Source: a virus
Reading direction: 5' to 3' (one strand)
Length of the DNA: 64,000 nucleotides
UHGV virus genome: UHGV-1558314
Positions 28,533 through 38,304 of this stretch are shown piece by piece. The position numbers were made by a program, and so were the translations under genes. The first letter of the stretch is position 1, and each line of letters begins with the position of its first letter. Below the pieces are notes generated by a model, which was not told the DNA's origin, made no database searches, and saw nothing but the letters and a program-made list of their open reading frames with translations.

Positions 28533-28979
28533 TCAGCAAACGCTTAATAAACTGTTGAGCTCAAATTTGCTGTCAAATGATTGAACTGCAGGCCTGCCAA
28601 CAAATTTGAGATATTTGATTGCTTCTTTAGCAAATTTGCCTGCAGAATTACTGTCAAGCATTATGTATGATGTCAAAGTGTCAATCATAAAAATGCTTCG
28701 CCAACTTGGTGCGCCACAAATGACTTCTACTGCATTCCTGTTAGGAATGCGTCGTACACGTACATTAAGAATGGTCATCAAGTCATTCCAAGATGCGTCT
28801 CTGCATGTACATGGCTGCAAATTCCACTGACGTGTCATATGACACCAATATAGAATTGTGTTTGCAGGCAATTCTGCTCGTTCAGCTTTGCTAAGCTTAT
28901 GGCCATCTGCTGCATAGACAGCTTGTCTGCTAATCTGAACAGAGCTAAGCTTGCCTCGTTTGTGTGTAACTGCTACCAT
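28533..28979 (-). CDS. Hypothetical protein (148 aa)
   Basis: ATG start verified. Confidence 0.35.
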   Translation of the reverse strand: MVAVTHKRGKLSSVQISRQAVYAADGHKLSKAERAELPANTILYWCHMTRQWNLQPCTCRDASWNDLMTILNVRVRRIPNRNAVEVICGAPSWRSIFMIDTLTSYIMLDSNSAGKFAKEAIKYLKFVGRPAVQSFDSKFELNSLLSVC

Positions 28980-29371
28980 GTCTTTGCATAGTTAATGAGC
29001 TGCTTAACATCAAAGAATGCAGGATTGTCGTACGTAGACTTGCTGTAGTCAAAGATGACACAAATGTTGTTGCCAAGCAATCTGCAGTTGCCATAGATTT
29101 TTGCAATCTTTGTGTTACGTTTCTTGTCAACGCAAATATTGATTGCTTGTACTTTCATGACATCAAGCCACTGACCAGTGTATTCATTCTGAACTGCAGA
29201 TGGTTCACAAGTTGGCAATGCAAGCACATATGTCTTACCACTGTCAAGTCGTTCAATGACTTCACCATGATATTGAGGTTCAAGAATGTTGACGCCATTG
29301 ACATCAGGATTTGCTGTTCGTAATGCAACTTTCAATTCTTCTGTAGTTGCGTTGTAATTTATTCTGTACAT
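28973..29371 (-). CDS. Hypothetical protein (about 132 aa)
   Basis: Track start 29503 is TTG and overlaps the next gene; internal ATG at 29369-29371 used. Confidence 0.3.
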   Translation of the reverse strand: MYRINYNATTEELKVALRTANPDVNGVNILEPQYHGEVIERLDSGKTYVLALPTCEPSAVQNEYTGQWLDVMKVQAINICVDKKRNTKIAKIYGNCRLLGNNICVIFDYSKSTYDNPAFFDVKQLINYAKTW

Positions 29372-29387
29372 ATCTATTGATATTTTG

Positions 29388-29618
29388 TTATTCGAAATCC
29401 GTGTCATCTGCATTTTCATTAGGGTCATAGATAAGCCATACAAATGCTGCACAGCCAAGTATGAATAAGCCTCCGCCAATGATTGTAGTGAAGATTGAGC
29501 CAATGTAGTGTTTTACAATATCGCCAAGCGGATTCAGTGTTTCGTAACCCATCATAAATGCGACAAATACAACTATTATTGCTGCTATTGCTTTGTTTGT
29601 CGTGTTTCGTTTTATCAT
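29388..29618 (-). CDS. Small membrane protein (about 76 aa)
   Basis: Two hydrophobic segments (AIAAIIVVFVAFMMGY; IIGGGLFILGCAAFVWLIY); start at ATG 29616-29618. Confidence 0.35.
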   Translation of the reverse strand: MIKRNTTNKAIAAIIVVFVAFMMGYETLNPLGDIVKHYIGSIFTTIIGGGLFILGCAAFVWLIYDPNENADDTDFE

Positions 29619-29741
29619 TATTGTAGAGGTTTTAGTGTTCTGTATATTATGTTCGAATATATGGGGGCATATATTATATATAGATATATTACAACACACA
29701 AATCATTTTTGCACACTTTTATAAACCAAAATTTCACAAAA

Positions 29742-30050
29742 ATGCAAACACAAGAAGTTTTAACGGATGTCATTGACATGTCACAATCAGCTCGCAATTA
29801 TGCGCTTGGCACTGTATGTGACGCAGAAGAGCATGAAGATGCTGTTGACGCAGTTATCGAAGATTACATGCAAGGCGCAAGAGAAATGTACGTCAAGTTG
29901 ACTACATTTGTCAATGTCAATGATGCAGTGCCTACAAATAACTACCCAGTCATTGCAAAGCTTGCAAATGATTCATATGCAATTGCAACATTTGAAAATG
30001 ACATGTGGTCAGTTGACCATATTGTTGCGTGGCGCAAGTTGCACATTTAA
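29742..30050 (+). CDS. Hypothetical acidic protein (102 aa), plus strand
   Basis: ATG at 29742 with AT-rich upstream region; ends 12 nt before a strong bidirectional terminator. Confidence 0.4.
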   Translation: MQTQEVLTDVIDMSQSARNYALGTVCDAEEHEDAVDAVIEDYMQGAREMYVKLTTFVNVNDAVPTNNYPVIAKLANDSYAIATFENDMWSVDHIVAWRKLHI

Positions 30051-30061
30051 GATTACAGCAC

Positions 30062-30100
30062 AACAAAAAAGTCCGAGCAATGCTCGGACTTTTTTGTTGT
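30062..30100. terminator. Bidirectional intrinsic terminator between convergent genes
   Basis: aaaaaagtccgagcaatgctcggacttttttg: 10-bp stem flanked by A6 and T6. Confidence 0.7.
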
Positions 30101-30111
30101 GCACTGATTGT

Positions 30112-33100
30112 CTATCGAACAATCGATGTAATTGATGCTACTGGTATCGTACCAATGATTGATGTAGTTGAGCGGAAGTCTGCATAGACTTTAATGTCAA
30201 ATGTGAACTCCTTGCCACCAATGTAGCATATGAAATTCATTGTTTTTGTGTATGACAACTTGTTTTGTTGAGTATTGCTGTCAATGTCAGATGAACCAAC
30301 TGCATCAGTCATACGAGCCTGGAACAACAATGGTATCAGCAATGCATTGTTTTCACCAGGCTTAACTACATAAGCTGCAGAATCAGTACTATTCGAAACT
30401 TGCATTTGATTGACTGTTGTCGGATTCAACAGCAAGAATGCGCCACGACTATTTGCGCCGACTGCATAGACGTCGTTGTCTGTGAATGCGCATTTAGGTG
30501 CGTTTTCTGCAGTAAGTTCAAGTGGCAGAATCTGCTGATACTTTGACTTAATAACAGAATTGAACTTAGCAAGTTCTGCAAATGCAGCAGTCAATGCTGC
30601 TTTTGTTTGTTCATTCTTATTTGCTGAGTATGCAATCCATGCAGGATGCTGAACAGACAGCAGATTATATGCGTCTGGTGATACTGTCGACTTCAATGCA
30701 ATCGCTTCATAATCATCGTCATTCTTATGAACAAATTTGCGATTTGCTGCTTGTGCAGAAGTGTCAATGTTTTGTGTTTCTACAGTAGACGATGATGGTG
30801 TTTCTGCAGCAATGTACAGCTTTTCTGTGCCTGTTACGTTTTTCAAACCAGCATACAATGCTTGTCCCATGTATTGACGAGTGCCATACGGCGCCAAGAT
30901 GTCATTGCTGTCATATGCATCGCTGTTAAGCACTACAGGCACATCATAGACATCTGCAAAATCTTGTAGCTTGTCTGTAATATGCTGTGACAAGTCACCA
31001 TGATATCGTGGGTACAATGAAATGTTTTCTGCACCAATGTTGTAGAACTTCAGCCAATATTGTCGAGTAAGCACTTTACCATAGTTGTCTGCTGAAGTGA
31101 TGTCAAACTTATCTGCATAAGTGCCAGCAAACAAAACATTGCTTGAGCCATTCAGAATTTCTGTTTGATTGCCTTCGTCATCTATGATTGCAACTCGAAG
31201 CATCGAGCCTTGATTCAGAATGATGTCTTTGAGCTGCGCGACTTCATTGCTAAGTGACAACAGTTTTTCGTATGTCGTCACTTTTGCAAGCTCTGATGTA
31301 AAGAAGCCTGATGCGATGTTTTGAGCATTGTGAGCATAGTAGATGTTGTTTTCTGAGAATGCATCTGCAATATGCTTGATAAGACCTTTGTTCTCAAGCA
31401 TATTTTCAAGAGCTACATTTTGCTTATCAATTGCAAGTTCATCTTTAAGTGTGACAAACATTGCAGAAGCTGCAAGACTTTCTGGGAATTGAATGCTAAC
31501 AATATTCGACCACTCAGATTCATTGAGTACATTTGGATAGCCTGCTTCGCCAATCGCTTTAACACGGAACTGAACAATCTCATTAGCAGAAATTGGAATT
31601 TCAAGCTGATTGCATGAGATTGCATCAATGGATTCTGAATTGATTGGTTCCCATTGAATGCTACCATCGACAATGATTTTGCGACGAAGTGGCGTAAATA
31701 CTTCATTCCATGTGCTAAATGCTGCTGTCGTAATTGTGCCTGCTGCGTTTTCGATGTCAAATGTGTCTGCCTTTGCTACTGTGCCATTCAATGATGCATA
31801 TCTGTACTGCACCTTGAATTGCACAATGTTTTGTGCTGCAGTAAACCTACTGATTGCAGGGTCTTGTACCGGTAAGAAGCCTCGAACTCTGAACTTTGGA
31901 TTGTACAATGCGTCATATGCAGCACCATTGATATTCAGCATCTCATCAATGATATTTGTGAGTGTTTGCAGTCGTTCTGCTCTTTGCTGAGTCAATGTAA
32001 CATATTGTGTAGACGCTTTTTGACGTTCAACATCATTCTTGAAATTGTTTGTATTGAGCTTTGACATCACAGATGCAATGTCAGAGTCAAGCACCGACAT
32101 TTCTTGCTGAACTGCTCGTTTTTGATTGTACAATGACAAAATTCGAGATTTGTCAGTGTTGTCAATCAAATGCGTGTTAAGCTGAATGACTTTGAATGCT
32201 TCTGCAGACAATTGCAAACGATTTGGCTTAATTGCATATTGCGATGGCGCAAGCATATCAGTAGTCAATGCGGCAATATAAGTGCCAATTGATGCGTCGC
32301 CATGTGACAACATATACGAGTTTGCATTGACAAGCTCATTTGTTGCAGTACGAATTGTAAGTGTTGCAGTGTCAATCAAAACTGCTGGGCTGTACTGAGC
32401 TACTGTGTTATATGCATCATGCACAGGCGACAAGAACAACACGAATTTTTCAGAATGTCGAAGTGGTACTTCAATGACTTTTCGAACAATGGGCTCTACA
32501 AAGACGAGGTCAGTGACTTCTACATTCAATGCATTCAAGCCTGCAGTACGCTGCAGTATACATGTTTGCGACAGTTTGTCAATCGAAACAATTTGCAGTA
32601 ATACTGAACCAGTTGGGTCTGACAATGTGTCACCGACTTTCAATGTCAGTGAACCAGCAACTTTTGCGTCAATTGCATCATATACAATGCTGTCAAGTTT
32701 GACAGCGATTGTGCCATTGTTCGCATTTTGCTTCTTGAGAATTTTGAAGCTGCCACTTGATGCTGCTCGTCGTGGTCGCAGATTAACTGTGAAGTCTTCA
32801 AGAGTATAGTCATCATCAGTATGCCAGCCATGCGCATCAATTTCAGCAAGCAATGCAGCATGGCTCATTTCAATGCCTGTTTGTGTCACAATTTGCTGCA
32901 ATGCAGCAAACATGACGTCTGAGCATATGTACTTTGTAACTTGACATTGTTTAAGATACGATGATGCTTGACCAGTCACATCAATTTGCACGTGCATACC
33001 AAGCGCTGTTGCGCGTTCAAGCATATCATTGCCAAGTGCGACAACATTGTTATCTTCTGCTATCGTGCCTTGCAAAGTTTTCAAAGTCTCAGGCTGATTC

Positions 33101-33417
33101 AACAAGCTCATATGCACCATTGTACGCATATTGTTGTTTGCATCTACAAGTTGTGCATACAACTGCTCGCCATTATTTAAGCCTATCAAGACTTTCATAT
33201 TTTGCTCAATGACAGTCATGCGACGTTGAATTGACGCAAAGCTTGGCACAGTAATGCTTGTTGTGTTGCCATCGTCATTTGTCAATGTTATTGTGACTGT
33301 ATCTTCTGATGATGACACTGCAGCTTGCAGCACATCAAGGTATTGCAGACTATTGTCATACAGTTGCTTAATGTCTGACAGCAATTGTTGCATTGCATTT
33401 GTTGAAACTTCTGACAT
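30112..33417 (-). CDS. Large virion structural protein (about 1100 aa), putative tail fiber or baseplate component
   Basis: Very long ORF; track start is TTG, ATG at 33415-33417 used; no enzymatic motifs. Confidence 0.4.
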   Translation of the reverse strand: MSEVSTNAMQQLLSDIKQLYDNSLQYLDVLQAAVSSSEDTVTITLTNDDGNTTSITVPSFASIQRRMTVIEQNMKVLIGLNNGEQLYAQLVDANNNMRTMVHMSLLNQPETLKTLQGTIAEDNNVVALGNDMLERATALGMHVQIDVTGQASSYLKQCQVTKYICSDVMFAALQQIVTQTGIEMSHAALLAEIDAHGWHTDDDYTLEDFTVNLRPRRAASSGSFKILKKQNANNGTIAVKLDSIVYDAIDAKVAGSLTLKVGDTLSDPTGSVLLQIVSIDKLSQTCILQRTAGLNALNVEVTDLVFVEPIVRKVIEVPLRHSEKFVLFLSPVHDAYNTVAQYSPAVLIDTATLTIRTATNELVNANSYMLSHGDASIGTYIAALTTDMLAPSQYAIKPNRLQLSAEAFKVIQLNTHLIDNTDKSRILSLYNQKRAVQQEMSVLDSDIASVMSKLNTNNFKNDVERQKASTQYVTLTQQRAERLQTLTNIIDEMLNINGAAYDALYNPKFRVRGFLPVQDPAISRFTAAQNIVQFKVQYRYASLNGTVAKADTFDIENAAGTITTAAFSTWNEVFTPLRRKIIVDGSIQWEPINSESIDAISCNQLEIPISANEIVQFRVKAIGEAGYPNVLNESEWSNIVSIQFPESLAASAMFVTLKDELAIDKQNVALENMLENKGLIKHIADAFSENNIYYAHNAQNIASGFFTSELAKVTTYEKLLSLSNEVAQLKDIILNQGSMLRVAIIDDEGNQTEILNGSSNVLFAGTYADKFDITSADNYGKVLTRQYWLKFYNIGAENISLYPRYHGDLSQHITDKLQDFADVYDVPVVLNSDAYDSNDILAPYGTRQYMGQALYAGLKNVTGTEKLYIAAETPSSSTVETQNIDTSAQAANRKFVHKNDDDYEAIALKSTVSPDAYNLLSVQHPAWIAYSANKNEQTKAALTAAFAELAKFNSVIKSKYQQILPLELTAENAPKCAFTDNDVYAVGANSRGAFLLLNPTTVNQMQVSNSTDSAAYVVKPGENNALLIPLLFQARMTDAVGSSDIDSNTQQNKLSYTKTMNFICYIGGKEFTFDIKVYADFRSTTSIIGTIPVASITSIVR

Positions 33418-33503
33418 ATGCTTAAAATGTGGTGTTTGAATATGTACAAACAAAAAGACTGCTGCAAATTATTGCAGCAGTCTTTGATAATTGCTTGTTT
33501 ATG

Positions 33504-34397
33504 CTATGTCAATGCAATAAAGACATCACCAGATTGCTCAGCCTCAAGCTCTTTTTCAACTGTCTGTTGCATTGTTTGACCTTTTGACGCAAGTCTATCA
33601 AAGTTAATGCGAACATTGCCGGGCAACTTGAAGTCATATGTGCCAATGATATCTGCAAGTTCTTGCATGCATTGACCAGTGCAGTATCTCAAGAAACGCC
33701 TGTCTTCATACAATGATTGCAGTGGCACTCTTACCCAACACATCAACACCAAATCAGACCCTTCATTGTCACCAAGAATGTTCAGCTTATGACTAAATCT
33801 GTTGAAGTTATACGTGATTGTTCGTTGCAGAATGCTTTCATACGTGCCAATTTCATACATTGTCACCCACAAGTCATCTGCAATTGATGCATTTTGAGAA
33901 CCTGCAGGCCCAGCGTAGTTAAATGACACACCATTTGCCTCACTGTAGAAATTGATTGAATTGCTAAGCAGTCGTTCAAGATAGAAATTTGCACGCCGCA
34001 TTGATAACTTATGCTGCGATTCAAGTAGCTGAACATCTGATACAGCCCAGATTTGTGGCGGCAATTTGACAATTTTGTTTGCGCCATCAGTCATGTCAAT
34101 ATCGCGAACAACAAACCAGCGCTCTTCAAGAGCAGACTCAGAATGTTCAAAGAACCATTCTGCACAAGTCTCAATGATTTGTGGCATACGAGTCTTCGGA
34201 ATTGCAAATGGCAATGCACAGCCTCGTGTGACTTCTTGTACAAGTCGCTCAATAAATCGCAAGTCTATGCTGTAGTCATATCGAGAATTGATATTTTCGA
34301 CTTCAGGCTTATTGCACGCAGTTGTTGTAGCACCTTCAACTTTCCAAGAAGTTGCACCATCATTAAATTCTGCTTGTGGTTTACGATTGACTTTCAT
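33504..34397 (-). CDS. Hypothetical structural protein (297 aa)
   Basis: Intact ORF in presumed tail/baseplate block. Confidence 0.35.
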   Translation of the reverse strand: MKVNRKPQAEFNDGATSWKVEGATTTACNKPEVENINSRYDYSIDLRFIERLVQEVTRGCALPFAIPKTRMPQIIETCAEWFFEHSESALEERWFVVRDIDMTDGANKIVKLPPQIWAVSDVQLLESQHKLSMRRANFYLERLLSNSINFYSEANGVSFNYAGPAGSQNASIADDLWVTMYEIGTYESILQRTITYNFNRFSHKLNILGDNEGSDLVLMCWVRVPLQSLYEDRRFLRYCTGQCMQELADIIGTYDFKLPGNVRINFDRLASKGQTMQQTVEKELEAEQSGDVFIALT

Positions 34398-34846
34398 AGA
34401 GTTTGTCTTACAACAAGTTGAATGACCGGCATATTGTACACGTCCATTTTGAATATGTCTTCGCCTTCTGTCATTAGCAATGCATCAAGAACCGCATTGC
34501 CAATGGGTGAATTCATAAACATTGACGTGCTATTAAGTGCCAATTCAGCCAAATATGTAGAAATATCTACATTATCGCCAGGTCGCATTTCCTGACGTAT
34601 ATAATAAGGGTCGTTTGGATTATCCAAGTAATCATTCCAGCCAAAACCATCGGGCTGCTTAGTATAAGCAATATCAGTAAAACCAAGCTGTGCTCTTATC
34701 ATCTTATCATTGTCAAGTAACTTGTACCAAACTTGGCCATCAGCAGATACCATGTAATTTGATGGCACAGTTAAGTTGTACTTTGATTTTGCTTGTGCAG
34801 CAGTTAATACGCCGCTTTCAAATGTGAAGCCAGCTGTTGCATGCAT
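34394..34846 (-). CDS. Hypothetical structural protein (150 aa)
   Basis: Start overlaps stop of upstream gene by 4 nt. Confidence 0.35.
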   Translation of the reverse strand: MHATAGFTFESGVLTAAQAKSKYNLTVPSNYMVSADGQVWYKLLDNDKMIRAQLGFTDIAYTKQPDGFGWNDYLDNPNDPYYIRQEMRPGDNVDISTYLAELALNSTSMFMNSPIGNAVLDALLMTEGEDIFKMDVYNMPVIQLVVRQTL

Positions 34847-34989
34847 AGCATTTTGTGCTCTGTAATGTTATTGAGTTACACGTGACATATGAGTCTCAAT
34901 TTTATTGTGTTTGTTTATCTATCAACTTGTGATTATCTCTATCTATCAACTTATGATTGTCCATCTCTTATCAAAGTTGTGATGTCAAC

Positions 34990-35601
34990 TTATGGTGCAA
35001 CAATCGGTCCGCCACCAGGCAGACTTGAGCATGTTTGCATGTACGAGTACAACAAGTTGCCAATGTTCTGCATAATGTTTGCAAACATAAGTGCAATGCC
35101 TCGCAAATCTGCTTCGCCTTCAAATGTGTTGATAAATGCTTGCTGAGCGCATGCAAACATTACTGGCACAGTCGATGCACTTGTCATTGCTATCACAGGT
35201 CCACCAGGCGACAAGGGCAGCACCGGTGGTGATGCTGGCACAGTTAAGTTTGTTGGAATCCATGCTGCAACTGCTGCAGCATAGGGCTTAAAGCCATTGC
35301 CAAACTTTATTGCAATGTTCTTTGGGTCTGCTTCACCTTGAAAAGTTTCTATAAGTGCTTGTCTGCCTGCTTCAAATAGAGATTGCTCAAGTGTAGCAGT
35401 TGGACCTGCAGCTATTGGACCGCCGACAGGCAAACCTGTGCAAGTTGCAATGTAGCTTGCTACACCTGTAGCAAACAATTGACTGAATTTGTTGGCAAAC
35501 TTTGATGCAATTTGTGGTCTATCAAGCTCACCTTGAAAAGTTGCAGTGTATGCTTGATATGCAATTGGCTGCACAGCAGCTTGCAATGTAGCGCCTGACA
35601 T
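34990..35601 (-). CDS. Protein with three internal ~60-aa repeats
   Basis: Repeats TFQGELDRPQIASKFANKF / TFQGEADPKNIAIKFGNGF / TFEGEADLRGIALMFANIM each followed by PxGGP segments; start at internal ATG 35599-35601. Confidence 0.4.
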   Translation of the reverse strand: MSGATLQAAVQPIAYQAYTATFQGELDRPQIASKFANKFSQLFATGVASYIATCTGLPVGGPIAAGPTATLEQSLFEAGRQALIETFQGEADPKNIAIKFGNGFKPYAAAVAAWIPTNLTVPASPPVLPLSPGGPVIAMTSASTVPVMFACAQQAFINTFEGEADLRGIALMFANIMQNIGNLLYSYMQTCSSLPGGGPIVAP

Positions 35602-35602
35602 A

Positions 35603-35887
35603 TCAATCCAACAATTGAGCAGCAGCAACTGCGCCAAGTGCTGCAGATATGAATGATTGCGCAATGTATGATAAACTCCAGCAACGTTCTATTGCATAGA
35701 GTTTTGACAAGCCACATGCAATAATGTCAAGTGTTACTGAAAGTAACGTAACTACAAGCAAATGTGTTCGCAATGGCACTTCAATTGTGTCGTATGTCAT
35801 TAGTGTTGTTGCAAATGCAATGAATGCGATTATTACGCAGTGCAGCAGTGCAAACATCAAGCGTTCAATGAAATGTTGACTGTTCAT
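35603..35887 (-). CDS. Small membrane protein (94 aa)
   Basis: Three hydrophobic helices. Confidence 0.35.
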   Translation of the reverse strand: MNSQHFIERLMFALLHCVIIAFIAFATTLMTYDTIEVPLRTHLLVVTLLSVTLDIIACGLSKLYAIERCWSLSYIAQSFISAALGAVAAAQLLD

Positions 35888-35889
35888 AT

Positions 35890-36768
35890 TTAGTCTTGGC
35901 CTTTATCAATTGTTGCGATTTTTGATAGTGTCTCAGGCAAAAAGTTTGAGTCTTTCTTATGTGTACTGTTTGATGGCTGCTGCACTTTTGTAGGATATGT
36001 TCCAAACACAGGTGCGAGTGGACTTGTGTATGGATTGCCTTGAGCTGTTGTCTGGAGCTGCTTCATGACTTCTGCAAGATTGTCAACAACTTCTTTCACA
36101 TAGTCAAGAACATTTTGATGCGCAGTTTTGTTGTCATCTCCAACTACACAAGGCTGTTCTGATTTATCTGTGCTGCCAAAGCTCAAATGACCATCAGCAG
36201 TCATATGAATGACTCCATTTTTGTCAGCATCAGTAGTCATATGAATTGACTTGTCCTTGCGCAAATTGATGTCTGTGCCATTGTAGTGAATATGCCAGCC
36301 TTGTTCAGGTGTCCACCAAATGCCAAACTTGCCCTCTGTGCCATATCGTTCAGCATCATCATAGACAACAATCTTTGCTTTGGCGTTTTCATCACCAATG
36401 ACATCTTTTGCGATATCTGAACGAGAATCAAGATGCATCCAAGTCATATTGTAAACACCTCGACTCAAATCAAGCATAACCCAGTCACCCACAATTGGCG
36501 CATCATACATGTTCATCATGCTGCTATCTGCATAGCACCATGGCAGCTTGTCTGTAGCAATTTCATTGTCAGCAAATCGAGTAAAGCCATCAATTTGACA
36601 GCGTATACGACATTGTAACATGTCATCATCAACATCAACAACTTCACCAATGAGCTTAACTGGCATACCCTCTGTCAAAGACCCAATTGATGATGCAGTT
36701 ATTGATGCATTGTATGCTGATATCTTTTCAAACAGCTCTTCTTGAGTAACAAGCAACATATCAGACAT
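35890..36768 (-). CDS. Hypothetical structural protein (292 aa)
   Basis: Start overlaps upstream stop (TAATG). Confidence 0.35.
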   Translation of the reverse strand: MSDMLLVTQEELFEKISAYNASITASSIGSLTEGMPVKLIGEVVDVDDDMLQCRIRCQIDGFTRFADNEIATDKLPWCYADSSMMNMYDAPIVGDWVMLDLSRGVYNMTWMHLDSRSDIAKDVIGDENAKAKIVVYDDAERYGTEGKFGIWWTPEQGWHIHYNGTDINLRKDKSIHMTTDADKNGVIHMTADGHLSFGSTDKSEQPCVVGDDNKTAHQNVLDYVKEVVDNLAEVMKQLQTTAQGNPYTSPLAPVFGTYPTKVQQPSNSTHKKDSNFLPETLSKIATIDKGQD

Positions 36769-38198
36769 TACATTGAATCTTCATACACATTGATACGACC
36801 AAGCTTTGGTAGTTTGCTTTGGTCTGGTTCATACACAGGATTTGCAAGTGCTTTCTGTGATAAGTTGTCATCATACTTTGTTACTGCAGACCCTTTGAGC
36901 AATTGCTTTGCTCTTGAATATGCAAACTGTGGATTTGTCAATGCTGCAATTTCAACAGAATTCAAGCCATAAACATTGCCAACAGTCTTGCCAACAAGTA
37001 TTCGACTTGCTTGCATATTGATTTCAGCCAACGCATTTGCTGCAGTAGACAAAGCAAACTCTTTTGCATATTCAAGCGCTTCTTTAGCCGCTTTATTGAC
37101 TGCGTCTTTGAGCAATTGTTTGACTGATTGACCTTTCATTGTCGACACAACTTGCTGTGTAATCTTGCCGTATTTGCTGTCTTTTGCAAGCTTGACAAAT
37201 TGCTGGCCGTACGTCTCTTTCTTTTTCTCAACTGTTTCTGATGTATCAGTGTCACTAAGAATTTTTTGAGACTGCACTACAAGGCCCTTATGGCTATCTT
37301 TCATTGCTGCAAATGCAGATGAAATTGACAATGTGCCATATGACACTTTGATGTTGTTTGTCGCCATTGTAGGCTCAGCAGTGTTGTCTATGTCTTGTAC
37401 AAAATTTGCGCCAGAATCGGGCATAAATGCACATTGCCCAAAATTGAAGAGCACATACTGACCAGCATTGATTACGACTGCAATGTCATCAGGTCTTGCC
37501 ATTTGAGTTGATGATGACACGCCTTCTATGCGTGCTTGCTGAATTGCTTTGATGTCTTCACCGTAGTTTGCAACTTCTGTTCTCGTATCACCAAAACTGT
37601 GCTCTGACATACCAAGCATTTGCTCAACTTCATTGTCAAGTTTTAATGACTTGTCATCTGCAAGTTCTTCTTGGAATATGCGAACTTCTGTTACATACAC
37701 AAACATATTGAAGCGTTGCAAGTTCAGTGGTAGCACATAGACCATGCGGTCGTAGTCATATAACACTTGCTTGAGCAGTGTGTTAATTGTCGCAAATCGC
37801 CAGTCAACGCTTTCTGTCACAGTAAGCCCAATGGTTTTGTCATTCAAAATGACTTCTTTCATTGTTCGCTTATATGCGTCAGCAAGTCCTTGAATGCCTG
37901 TAAAGCAATGAAACGCAGAGTCCTGAATTGCTTGCAGCATCTTTATGACAATTTCAAGCTGTGCATATCGTGTATCATCACCAATTCGCTTCAAATACGC
38001 CAATGCGCTGTTCTTAAACTTAGCATCTGCAAGTAAACCCATTTCAGAGTCAAAGTTAAAGAACACTCTGAATGTCAAATATGTTGGGTCTTGATATGCA
38101 TTGCACAACACACCATTTATGACCTCTGGGTCAAGTGACATGAACTGGTATACACCATTGAACATGTCTATGCGTGAAGTTGCGTGATTTGATGGCAT
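36768..38198 (-). CDS. Hypothetical structural protein (476 aa)
   Basis: Intact ORF; no recognisable motifs. Confidence 0.4.
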   Translation of the reverse strand: MPSNHATSRIDMFNGVYQFMSLDPEVINGVLCNAYQDPTYLTFRVFFNFDSEMGLLADAKFKNSALAYLKRIGDDTRYAQLEIVIKMLQAIQDSAFHCFTGIQGLADAYKRTMKEVILNDKTIGLTVTESVDWRFATINTLLKQVLYDYDRMVYVLPLNLQRFNMFVYVTEVRIFQEELADDKSLKLDNEVEQMLGMSEHSFGDTRTEVANYGEDIKAIQQARIEGVSSSTQMARPDDIAVVINAGQYVLFNFGQCAFMPDSGANFVQDIDNTAEPTMATNNIKVSYGTLSISSAFAAMKDSHKGLVVQSQKILSDTDTSETVEKKKETYGQQFVKLAKDSKYGKITQQVVSTMKGQSVKQLLKDAVNKAAKEALEYAKEFALSTAANALAEINMQASRILVGKTVGNVYGLNSVEIAALTNPQFAYSRAKQLLKGSAVTKYDDNLSQKALANPVYEPDQSKLPKLGRINVYEDSM

Positions 38199-38304
38199 AT
38201 TGTGTATAGTTTGCTTTCTTAATTTTTGGATATATACACATGCTCAAACTGCACAAAAAACTTCGCATCAATAACTTGATGCGAAGTGTACTCAATGTAA
38301 TATG

